From Candidatus Omnitrophota bacterium (GTDB lineage: Bacteria; Omnitrophota; Omnitrophia; Omnitrophales; Aquincolibacteriaceae), in the NCBI GenBank assembly GCA_903884815.1, contig CAISGE010000065.1, positions 1-63,962 on the forward strand: DNA of 63,962 bases. The letters run 5' to 3'. Position numbers and translations under genes: made by a program. The number at the start of each line of letters is the position of its first letter. Within the stretch, counting starts at the first letter, position 1. Under the pieces are notes generated by a model. That model saw only the letters and a list, made by a program, of their open reading frames with translations. It did no database searches and was not told the DNA's origin. Positions 29,201 through 41,200 of the stretch are shown piece after piece.

Positions 29201-32200
29201 GTGCGTATCGATTGATATTTCAGGATGGATTCCAGTTCCGACGTATAAAGCGTGAGGTCGCTCAGAGGCCTGATCTGATCCTCCTCATTCTCAATACCCT
29301 GATTTTCCCGTTCGATAATGCTTTCATAACGCTCTTTCAGGGCTGTTTTCCCGGGGCCACGGCTGAAGAATTCCGCAACCTGGTTCGATTTATTCACCAT
29401 CTCGTAGGTCGCGGTTTGAACCCAAATGACGGCCTTATCGCCCTTATTGCGATCGAAATAATCCTTACTTTCGGTAACGATGAGGTGCTGTGTTTCGTCC
29501 GCAGGTGTTACTTTTGTGCCCCTCCGGTCGAAAAGCTCTCCGTTCCGCTCCCAAAGCATAATGCTATTTTGGCCGACATTATGATCATCCACAAAAAGTT
29601 CGTTGGCGGCGCAATAGAGGAAAAATTGCGGCAATTCGACCGCTTTCATGGCATCGCCGCCCAGAATGAAATAGGTCGGGTCCACCACCCGATGGACTTC
29701 GTCCATGACTCGCATCGAACTCTGGAATACCCTCGAGAATTCGCGATAATGCTGAAGGTCCGTGGAGCGGAAATGCGTCATCAGATGCCCCAGAGTGGTG
29801 AAGCTCACGGCGAGCACCCACCTGAACCCATCCGTATCCGTGAAGCCAGCAAGAATTTTAATCAATTCCGCATAAGCTGTGTCCCGTTCCTCCTGCGTCG
29901 CGCCTCGCGTGATCCGCTCGATCAGCTTTTCACCGTTGATGTATCGCATACGGAGATTATTCGCGAGCTTTTCCTCGTTCGTCCGGTTCTCGGCAGCTGA
30001 TTTCGTCGCAGTAGCTTCCGCGACGATGCGTTCGATGCCTTCCTTGCTTTCCGCGATATGGATGTTCGCGCTGAAAACATAATCATAAGCGACCATCAGA
30101 AAGGTTTTGCCGCTTCCGACGGCCGCGTTCAGGAGATTTCCAACAAGCCCTCCCATGAGACCCTTTTGCTGCTCCATTGAAAGCTTGACGCTTTTCTCCG
30201 AAATGATCACCGCGGTGCGAAGCATCTTCTCATGATTTTTCATCCCGCCCAGGCTGGAGAAGAAATCTCTCAAGGAAGGCGCCGTTTCACCTGTCCGTGG
30301 TCCAACATCCCGGAACGTGAAAATACGTGCGTAGCTTTCGAAGCCACCGCCGCCTTGCGCGGCGCAGGCTTTGGCCAGATAAACCTTAAAAAACTCGTGG
30401 TATGTCAGAGTTGGATGCGTTGTTTTTGCGGCATCAAAAGCATTTTCGATTTCTTCAACCGCACCCTGTCGGATATGAGAATCGTTATCCATGTTTTGAA
30501 GGTGGGCAAACAGATCCGCCGAAGGATTGCTGTAAGCATCATTGGCTTGGTTTTCCATATACGCATTATGAGCGGCGATTATTGCCGTTAAAAGGTGCCC
30601 AGTATCGGCTTTGAAATCGAGGGCGTTAAATTCTTTAGTACCGTGGGTGAGAATAAAATGGAAGGCTCCGAAAGCGGCTCTGTCGATTGCCGCGGATTGC
30701 AGTTCAGGCGGAAGACTCGTGAGCCAGTTCTGAACTTCGATTCGCTCAAGCCACGCGTTCACGTCAGCGAGTTTCTGCTTCAACAGGAATTCGACAAGCT
30801 CCGGATGAGAGACGCGGGCTTTAAGGCTTTTCTGGATTTCCGGGGTAATCTCGATCACCGCCTTGCCGTTCTTGATCTCGAGATTCAGATCCGCGGCGAA
30901 ACGCCGGACCTGGGGAGCAAGCTCGAACGCCATGATCTTTAAAACAAGATCTACAACGCCAGCTTGAGCCAGGAGAGCGTCTTTCTTCGCGTCGGGCGAA
31001 TTATCCAAATACTGCTTGGCCAGTTGGGTCGCCACTTCGGATAAAGCCTCGACCGGACTCATGAAGCGCTTGTCTTTCTGCAATTCTTCCGCCTTCTTGA
31101 AAAGTGCGTTAAAGGCGGCCGTAGTTTCGGGAGTGGCATCGTCGCCGTTCATGACGCGCACAAAAACGGCGAGCCGGACATTGGAATTCCAGTCTACCAT
31201 TTTTGCAATCAGGGTCTCGAGCAATGTCCCCTCGTAAGGGGCACTGACCGCCGCGTCACCAAGGATCTTGGAAAAAGTTCCTTTGAGGTCCAATCCTGAG
31301 ACAAGCCGGCAGAAATCATCAGCCGCATCGGCCGTCAGGTCCAGGAACGCCTGCTTTCCTGAGATCGTCACTACGATCCCGGCGACGGGCTCCGCGGCCT
31401 GGGGTGCGAGGCCTTCTTTTTCCGCGACATTCTGGGTCACTTCAATTTTGGAGAATGCATCATAGATCGAGGTGACTAATTTTTTGAAGTCGTCCACTGT
31501 CTGGAGATTCATGCGCCGCGTAACTTCGCCGAGGAACGTGAAACGGCCGATACCGCCTAACTGTTCAATATTGCGGCCGGAATTTGCGAACGCGTTCAGG
31601 AAACCGGCGAACTCATCGCGCGGGATCGCGGTTAGCAGAGCCTCGGCGATCGACCGCATGAATACATCATTAGCTTCGAGGCGGCCTTCCAAACCCCGGA
31701 GCGCGGGGGGGAGCAACCCGCCTATTCTTTGAGCAATGGAAGCCCGCGCTTCCGCGGGTTTCGGTGCGGTCTCCGTCACTTCAACCTTTGTTTCAGTCGC
31801 GAGGGTCTCCGAGGGCGCGGTGGGCGTTTCAGCTTTCTTTTCAGCACTAAAAAATGTGGCGTAGGCGGACGCTCGCTCCTCGTTCGAGGCCCGGAGAAAG
31901 GTCTGGACGCCTGGCTGTATCCAGTTCTCTAGCAATAGAGCCTGGCACGCTTCAGCCATCCTCTTGAAAAGGTTGGTGACATCCTCGGGCGCGAGTTTCC
32001 CACGCAGGAAGATATCCGCCAGTCCCTCCGCGCCCAGCTTTTGTTCCTTCTTGTTAATGTTGAAATTCTCGAGGTTCAGACGCTTGTTCTGTTCGAGGTC
32101 CTTCATCAGGAACTCAAGGCGGGCTTTGTTGACCTGTCTTAATCCATAGATCGTTTGCTGAGTCGATTTTGCAGATTCTTTTAAAACGTCTTGGGCTGTA

Positions 32201-35200
32201 TCCCAGCGACCAGTTTTGACGGCCTCAATAAGTGCATCGCGTTGAGAGACATTTAAGCTTTTGAGGATACGAGGTAATGCAACGTCGAGTATGCCGAAGG
32301 CGTTTTCTATCGGCGGTTTTCCGCCATTGGATGGACTCCAGGCATCCGTTTCTATGGCTTGTTTCAAGGCGGCATCGAAAGCGGCCCTCTTTGCAGGCTC
32401 CAAACCGGCCAGCGTCTGCTCAAGGCCGCGCGCCAGGGCCGCACATTCGGCGGCACCGATATTCACCATGCTACCGAGGCCGTCCGAAGTTCCGAGGAAT
32501 TTCCAGAGCGAGAACTGACCAAGGAGCATCAGTTCCCGTTCTCCCAGAGCATTGGATGTCGGAACTTCAGTCGGGCGGATCGTTCGCAAAAGCGTCAGGG
32601 CTTCATCCTGTTTGCCGCTTTCCACAAATTCAAAGAATTGCGTCCTGTTCTCCAGAGAAAGGTTCAGCACGAGGTTCTGATCGCGAAGTTCCCCGCTGCG
32701 CCACACATCACTGAACGAAGGGCGAAGGTTGCCGCCCGCTTGTGGGACCAGCAGGATCGAGGCCTTTTCAAGAGAGGATCCGAAGGACAGGAATGCGGCT
32801 TTAAAAGAATCGGAGTTACCGCTCAAGTGAGCACCAAACATTCCAGCGAAGAAACCCGGAATGCTCGCCAGATCCTTCAGAATCGCGCCCACGTCCGCAA
32901 TCCCGGGGACGGAGGACCCCGCTTTAGGCGCAGGTTCGGCAACTCCGGCATTGGCCTGGGCCACAAGGGCAATAGATTTTCCGGTCGCGATCACTGTGTT
33001 AAAAAGAATGAGATTGTCGGCATAAGCGAAGGCTGCGCCAAGATAATCAGCCCCTTCCTTGGTTAACAATTTCGTAAAAAGCGTTCTGACCCAAGCAGAC
33101 CCAGAATCAGGAATAATGGCGCGGAACAGTCCGTTCGTAGCCGAGAAACGTCCAAGAAGACCGGCCGAAAAAGTCGGCGCGAAAAGATGCAGTGCCTGCC
33201 CCAGGATAACGTCATGAAGGATGCGGCTCGGTGCCCAGGCGTTCGGGTCCAGGAACTGTTGCTGAAAGACGGAGCGCACATGTCCCAAATACCCTTCGCT
33301 GCGAGATCTCTCATCCAAGAAATGCCAAGAGGGATTAATTTTGTTCAACATGAACTCGAATACCTGGTCAGTATAGAGCGCCGCCATCGCCACGGGAAGC
33401 ATATGGAACGTAATGACGCTTTTGCCGGCGTCGAGAAGGAGAATCTCAAAGGTGCTAACTTTCAGGAGAGCGCTCTGCTGGACGACACGCGCCACGACGC
33501 GCCCCATGGACCCGAGACCGGCAATGCCGTCAAGAGCCAAGCCGTCGGCCGAGAGCATTCTTGCCAGCACGATCCCCCGGACCGGTATCGCTAAGGCAAT
33601 TCCCCGTCCTGCGAGAAGCACGAGAGACCCGATCAGGAACTTTTGCCCCAAATCTTGCCAGAATTGCTTTCCAGACGCGTACCCGTACATCTCCATGCCG
33701 ATTCCGGCTCCGAAAGCGGCCACGTTGAGCATTCCCGATCCGAGGTGGAAGTATTTCCATCCCTGCATTCCGGCGGCATTAAGTTCACCAAGCTTGCCGA
33801 CAGCGTTCAGCTCGACAAGTGAAGGGCCGAACGCGAACATAAAACGGGCGCCAAAGGCAAAACCCGCAATCGCAATGCCGTGAATGAGAAGTTGCGAGTC
33901 TCCTCCGAATGCCATCCGGATTCCTCCGGCAGCGGCCATCCCGAGTCCGATGGTTATACCAGCCGTGAGAGTTCCCTGGACAAAGTGCGAAATATTCACG
34001 ATCGTGTAAGCTGTCTTACTGATCTGCGAAAAGCTGTTAACGCCCGTAGCGATTTTCCAAAAAGGCGTCGTGGCTTTGACGACAGCTGCTCCGGTCTCAA
34101 CGGCTTTTGCGCCCGCCGCTACTGCCTCGGTGGTTTTTGCAGCCGCGGCCAATTTGGAGGTCGCCGCTCTCATGGAAAATCCGCTGCAGATCGTGCCGAT
34201 CACAAGTCCGCCCACCTCGATCACGGTCAGCGTTTTATAGGCGAGGTCTGTTTCCTTGAGATCGCCGAAGGTCTGCCAGGCCCACTTGACGGCAGTGGCG
34301 GCAAAACCCGCGGCCGTGCAATACGCACCCGCCGTTACAAGCACCGCCGGCATCGCTTCTACCCACATATAGGCCGTTGCAACGACCATAGGGGTGAGCG
34401 AGGCCGCCATAATGATGGTGCTCGGGCTGTAGAGCCGGGTGATTTCCCAGAAATGGATCTCTACTTCCGTAGAAACGCCAGTGTTAAGATCTGTGGAAGT
34501 CCAGCTGCTGCCGCTGTGGAAGGTCCGTAGATCCGCGCCCAATGCGCCGGAGAGTTCGAGAGAAGGCGTCACAATCCAATGGCTGTAAGTACGAGCATCA
34601 TGGAGGATCTCGTAGGCAAATCCGGTGATAGGTCTACCGTACGAAACGAACAGATTAGGCTGGAACCAAAAATTCAAATGTCCTTTCTCTAAGGCAATCG
34701 CCCCGCGCTGGCTGTTAATCTGATCGATAAACACCGCGTCTGCGAAAGCCATCGAACCGTCCTTCCTCATAAAACCGGTCTCCGAGTTCCAGTCCTTATA
34801 ATCTCCGTAGAATCGCCCAGGTTCGCGAAAATATTGGGTCACATCCTGATTCTCATCATGATTCCATTTATCGCCTAAAAGAGTTTCGCGTTTCGTTGTC
34901 ACAACCATTTCCCAAAAACCGCCTATGGCCCATGCGGGATGATAGCTAAGCGAATCCCTGTGCTCCACGCCTTTATCCGTCCCGTCCTTCCCGTACGAAA
35001 TGGACCTGATGGTGCTTATCCGGCCATCTTTAGTGATGTCGGGCAGGAACTTGTAAGTGACAGTGGCTTCCGAACCATACCCAATGTGTGTCCAAACGCT
35101 TCCCCACTCATACGATCGGGCTTCCAGAGAGGCTGTAACGCCTTTCGAATCCACGACCTCAAACTGGGTCAGGCCGAGGCCTATACGGTATTCCGTCAAT

Positions 35201-38200
35201 AGCTTTGAGTCCGGGTCGAATTGCTTCATCAGGCTACTCAGAATCGCGTAGCCTGATTTTCCGTCTTTTGTGTCAAACGGATTTTTTAAATAATCAGAAC
35301 CAAGCCGGATTCCAACTTTATATTCAGCGTCCCCCCCCTCATATGTTTTAAAATATCTTTCAGGTTGGGTACCGGGAACCATCACGCCCGCTTGGCTTTT
35401 GTATAGCTCACGACCATAGACTTTCTGCACCCAGAAGGATGCTCCTTCCACAAACCCGTCGGCATGGCAGCGAAAGGTCTCGGCTCCGTCAATTTGAGAG
35501 ATGATATTCTGGAACTGGGCTATGGGCCCCTTGCCAAGCGCGTTGAGACCCGCGTCGCCGGATAACGGTTTCATATTAAAGAACGCCTCACTCTGCAACA
35601 GGAATCCAGTGACGGTTTTTTCGATACCGTTGACTTTGAAGGTTTCAGAAAAATCCCACTTACAGTCAATGTTCGCAACGGTGGGCCGGACGCCGTCCGG
35701 GTGCTCTTTGTTGTTGTACTGATCCACGACCTTGATCATTTCACCCTTGAATTTGGTTGCTTGCTTGAAATCCATAGCTTGGAATTCAGCTTGAGCGGCC
35801 GACTTAACTTTTTCCAAAACAATAGATCCCACCGTGTTGAACTTGCCCGTACTCCAGTAAGACTCTCCATAAAAAGTCACAGTTGCTTCAAATTCAACCC
35901 CGGCCAATGAACCCCAATCCAAGTTGGTCGGTAAATAACCTCCTTGGAATCGGGTGGCCCCCAAACCTGACAAAAGTTCCATGGAACCACGGACACTGGC
36001 GCTGATATTCCCTGGTATTGCTCCGAAAATTTCGCAGTAATTATGTCCACCGTGTTCGAGGTCAAGGTTTTCCCCAAGGGCACGCAGAACCGACTCTGAT
36101 GTGATCGGGGTTCCGTCTTTTGCGGTAAAACGGATTGACAGGTCGCCGTGAGAAACTGGCCGCGAAGAATCGATCATAAAAATGGCGCCGACGAATTCGT
36201 TCGACACCCACTCACTCCTGATCGGCAACAGCGCATCAATGGCAAGGGCAGAAATGTTCTGGTCTTTCATCGCGGCATGATCATCGGCCCGGAGGCTGGC
36301 CAGAAGCCCCTTCAGGACCTCAACGTCAGAGATCGGCTTGCCGTCCTCGCCTCTCAAGTGACCCTGGACGACCGGATAGGTCCGGCCCGTCGCCGTGTCC
36401 TTCCAGTGGTCCGTCGGAAAAGTCTGGGCCGCATTTTTCGAGGCCGTCCGAATATCCGTCCGCTGCGCAGCCGCGACATCTTCCTTGCTTACCGTCTCTC
36501 CAGGAACCTTCGTCTGGCTGACGGTATAGAGACCCGTTTCTGGGTTCAACGATCCGCCCTTGAGGAGCCATCCGAATGTCGCTTCCTTCCCGTCCCGTGC
36601 GGGGCTTAATTGACCATACTCGGCCGAGAAGAGCAACACGTTTGCCACTGGGTCTAGGATCTGGAACACCATGTCCTTCGAGATCCCTTCAAGTTCCGTA
36701 AAGCCTACGGCCTGACCGCTAATCATAAACATCACTTTGCCCGTTTCCGTCCTCACCGCGGCGGCTGAAAGGGTCGTCGTATTGGTTTGCACTAAGGCGA
36801 TTTTTTCAGCACCAAACGTGTCTCCCTTGACTTGTAAGTGACCGACAGTGTAGAGGCCCGTCTTTTCGTTGTAGGACGTGCTCGTAAGGGTCCAACCATT
36901 CTCCGGGACAACACCGGGCGCACCGTCATTCAATTTTCCGTAAGTGGCCGTCAGGAGAACCGCATTTGTGAGCGTATCGGCAAACTGGAAGCTCATCTCC
37001 TTTGCGTCCCTGACAAGGGCGGATAGCCCGACTTCATTTAGAGTGCCGTTCTCATTCATGGATCCATCCGTAAGGAAAACACGGCCGAAGCCATCAGCTT
37101 TCGGGGCATCCTCGCGCCGCATACTGCCAAAAGCGACTGCCCGGGTATTTGCTTGAACCTTAGCCACGTCCTCAGCTGCAAACTTCTCGGTTTTAACCGC
37201 GAGAGTACCGACAATGGCAACACCGGCAGCTCCGTTGACCGCTTTACTCGTAAGGATCCAGGTGCTCGTCCCGTCGGCCAACTTCCCGAATCCATACGAA
37301 CAGACCATGATGTTTGTTTTCAGATCAACAATCTGAAAGGCGGAGTCCTTCCCGGCGTTAATAATGTCCATCGGAGAAACCACATTCCCGCTCGCGTCTT
37401 TAAAGACTACGCCGCCGGTTTTCACGAGCTCCGAGGATTTAGAGATCTCCTGGCCCTGGGTCTGAACTTTCGCAATATCCTCTGCGCGAACGTTGTCACG
37501 ATTCATGGTAAGAGAGCTAACAACGGCAACACCCTTCTTAGCGTCCAGTGCAGTGCTCGTTAGGATCCAAGATCCGGAAGAGGCCGCACCAGGCGGCGCG
37601 ACTTTCTGCGCATACATCGCGGATAAGAGCATGGCGCCCGTCCTGGTATCAAGAATCTGAAAGCTCATATCTCGGAGATCGTCCAGCCTCATTTTTCCGG
37701 CACCGGCGAGTCCGTCAAAACCAGTTTCTTTTCCGTCGGAATCCTTAAAAAATACGGAGGTGCGGGACCCCGTCTCCTTGCGTGCCGCGAACTCTGAAAT
37801 ATGTTCAACGTCCGCCTGAAGTTTTTCGACCTGAGCAGCGCTCACCTTGCCTTCTGGAACCTTTATGGAACCAGAAGCATAGAGTCCTGTCTTTTCATTC
37901 ACTGAACCTACCGAAATAGACCAACCGAACCCGAAGTCCAGCTTGCCAAAGGTCGCGGCGAAGAGCATCAAATTTGTCTTGGAATCCAGAATCTGGAAAT
38001 TCACATCGGTCCCGATCCCGGGCAATTTATCGAATGGGACGATCACCCCGTTTTGATCCCTGAAGATAACCCCGACTCCGTTTGAAGCTCCTTGCTCCAA
38101 AGACTGGGCCCCTTGCCGCCTCATGGTGATCACCCCGCTTGCGTCAATGTAGCTTCCCCCCACTTCAGCCGTCCGTTTTTCAGCTGCTTGCGCAAAAGTT

Positions 38201-41200
38201 TTGGCTTGGGCCTGAACCCTCGCGATATCTTCCTTACTCGCCGTATCTCCCTTAGTTTTTCCGGAGGCGATCGCGTAAAGCCCCGTCGCGGCGTTCATCG
38301 ATGTAGCTATGTAGGTCCAGCCTTTCCCCTGCGCTCCGCCGGGCCCTTGCTCCAATTCGCCATAGGTGGCGGAAAAGAGCATCAGGTTCGTCGCCGAATC
38401 GATCACTTGGAAACTTGCAAACATTGATTTGCCGAACAGAGACGTCGGATCTACCGGCGATGTGCCGTCTTTTCCATAAAACACGCCGGCTCCCGTAACA
38501 GGGTCAATATGCGTACCTGCCCCGAGGGATAACGTTTGTGAGAAAATATTTTCAAGGGCTCTGGTGCTCGGACTCTGCCGACTGGCGGGTGTCAGAGTCT
38601 CGACATACAGACCGTTTTTCTCGTTGTAAGCCCCGGTCCGGACTCTCCACCCTGAACCGTCGGGAAGTTGCTGGGAGCTCTGGACGCCGATTACAGTGGT
38701 TCCTTTTGCGTCCCAAAAACGGCTGATCGCAAAATCGCCATTGCCATTAGAAAAGAACTGAGACCGAAGGCCTGTCAGCATCGCGTACAGACCGTCGAGT
38801 TCCTGAACCATTGTCGGCAATAGCCCCGTGTTGTCGATCGAGACATCAAGAATTTGAAGACGGGTTGATTGTCCGCCCCAGGAAGATCCCTCTTTGGCTA
38901 TGTCGCCCGTGTGAAAGGTCCGCAACTCCTTGCCGAAACTCCATGAACCGTCAGGATTCGTGAATCGTTCGCGGGTGCTGTTGGCGCCGTTCTTGTTCAC
39001 GCTTTCAATGACCCGGCCTCCTCCGAGGACCAAATAAGTTCCGGCATTCGAACCAAAACCGGTCAACATTTGGGCACTCGCGAGTTTTGAGAGATCCGGC
39101 TTATCGAAACTCACACCGAATCCGTAAGAATCGGTGAAAGAAATGCCCTGAGAAACGCCAACGGTGCCAAGGGCACCCAGGATGAGGGCGAATTGCGCGT
39201 TATCTTTCGGATTGAGGGAGTCGATCACCACATCGCCGGGCCCCAAGAAAGACGCAATGCTGCGTAGGTTTCCCTTTGTCAGCCCCATTCCCTCGAGGGC
39301 CGGCTGGTCCTTCATCGCCTTTTGAAACTCAGCGGAAGTCAGTGCGCGATTTTCAAGATTCTGGACCGTGTAAATGCCATCCGGTACCTTCGCTCCAAAG
39401 CCCATGACGTCAAATTGTCCGCCGTTGGCTTTCCCGGAGCCGACCAATACTGACTTGCCAAGCGTGCTGAGATCGGTCGATCCGAAGAACCAGGTTACAT
39501 CGCCTTTGGTGAAGGTGATTCCTTCTGCGACCCCTGCCTGCTGAAGAACGCTCATCAACTGTCCAAATTCTGTCTTGTTGTCATCTTTGATCACCGTGCC
39601 ATCTCGCAACGTGATCGACCTGACATCGAACACCTCCCCTTTATCAGCACCCTTGAGGGCTGTCCGTGTCGTACCGGCAGCGGCCAGTTGATCCTTGGTC
39701 AGCGTCGATTTGACGGCGCTGATTTTACAGAGACCGTTTTCGGAAGCGTTCCGAAGTCCCTGGAACAGATACTGATCCAGGACTTTGCCCGTCGTAATAT
39801 CCAGAATATTGAGAGCACCGACAGAATCAAACCCGTTTCGTGAGAAGAAAAGGTAGTTGCCGGCCCGGTAAAAGATAAGATCCGCTGTGGCTGGATCAAC
39901 GCCTCGAGTGGCACCGACAATGCTGTAACGATCAGTCCCCTCAGCTTTGTTCAAATAGATGCGCAGAATTTTGCCTTCGGCACCTGTCGCCCCGACCAGA
40001 ACGTCCGTGGCCTTGTTGAGTGTAAAAGCCACGACAGGCTTTCCGTCCTTTAAGGTGGTAAGAGTCCGCTGTGTCTTATCGGTAACGGTCTGCCAGGTCA
40101 TGGCTTGGGGTGCGAAGTGAGCCGTGACATCAAAGCCGGCGATCAGGGCGCCAGATTTAAGATCAGTCACCAGAAGGGCGCCCAACGGACCGCCAACGAT
40201 GCCAGAGCCTCGCTGGAGTAACATGCCGTCCGAGATAAAGAAATTAATCGAGGACGCATCGTTCGACTGGCCCGTGGTCCATCCGATGATCTTGTTATTT
40301 TTGTCAAAGTAGAAGGCTTGGGTCTCTTCGGGAAGCGTTCCCTTCGTGTAATCCACTCTGACGGCGTCTTTATTACAATCAAAATGCGTCGGAGCATTCG
40401 GGTCTACCGACGAAGCCGGGTTCCTTACGAGAGGCAGGGCTTCAGCCTCAGGAAGCGCATGAGCGTCCGCAAGTGCCATCTGCTGATAGCTAGCGGTCTT
40501 ATTGGCCACTTCTGTTGCCATGTCGTTCATCATGCCGGCAACGGTGGCCATCAGTTCACTTCCCGTATCCTGAGCAATGCGGGAATAGCTCTCGGCCATT
40601 TCCTTGAGTGGTTTGGAAATATCTTCGACGGGAGCAATTTCCTCAGGAGTAGAAATATCCTTTGAATTCAACTGATTGTCATTCTCTAACTTGTCGTGTG
40701 CTTTTTGGGCTTCGTCCTGAAAATCTTTGGCGCTCGCGGGACCCCGCACGACCGGCTGGAAGGTTTTGATGTTCATGGCGCCGAGGCGATTGCCGCTGGG
40801 GTCAAAGAAGACGAGGTCGAGGCTCAAAGTGGACGCGACCTGGCGGCAGCTGATGCCGCCCACGAAATCGAAGAAGATAATGGATTTGAAGCTGCTCGGG
40901 TCACCCGTTGTCATACCGACCATCTGATAGTCGCCCTCTTTGCCGTTGAAGAATAGCTTGGTCAGCTTCTCGCCCGAACCGCTTACAAGAACGGTCTCAA
41001 AATGCGCATACTCGAGCGCTTCGCCGGTCTTGGGATTCTTGAGCGCGGGCAGTTCCTTGCGAGCATCGGCCGGCGTCTCGACTTTCATCATCACGGCCTC
41101 AGTCAAGCGAATATCCATCCCGCCCAACACCTCATGGGTCAGCTTGTCGCGAGCGATCAGAAATCCCGACTGTTCCTGGATCAATTCACAGCCCAGGACC

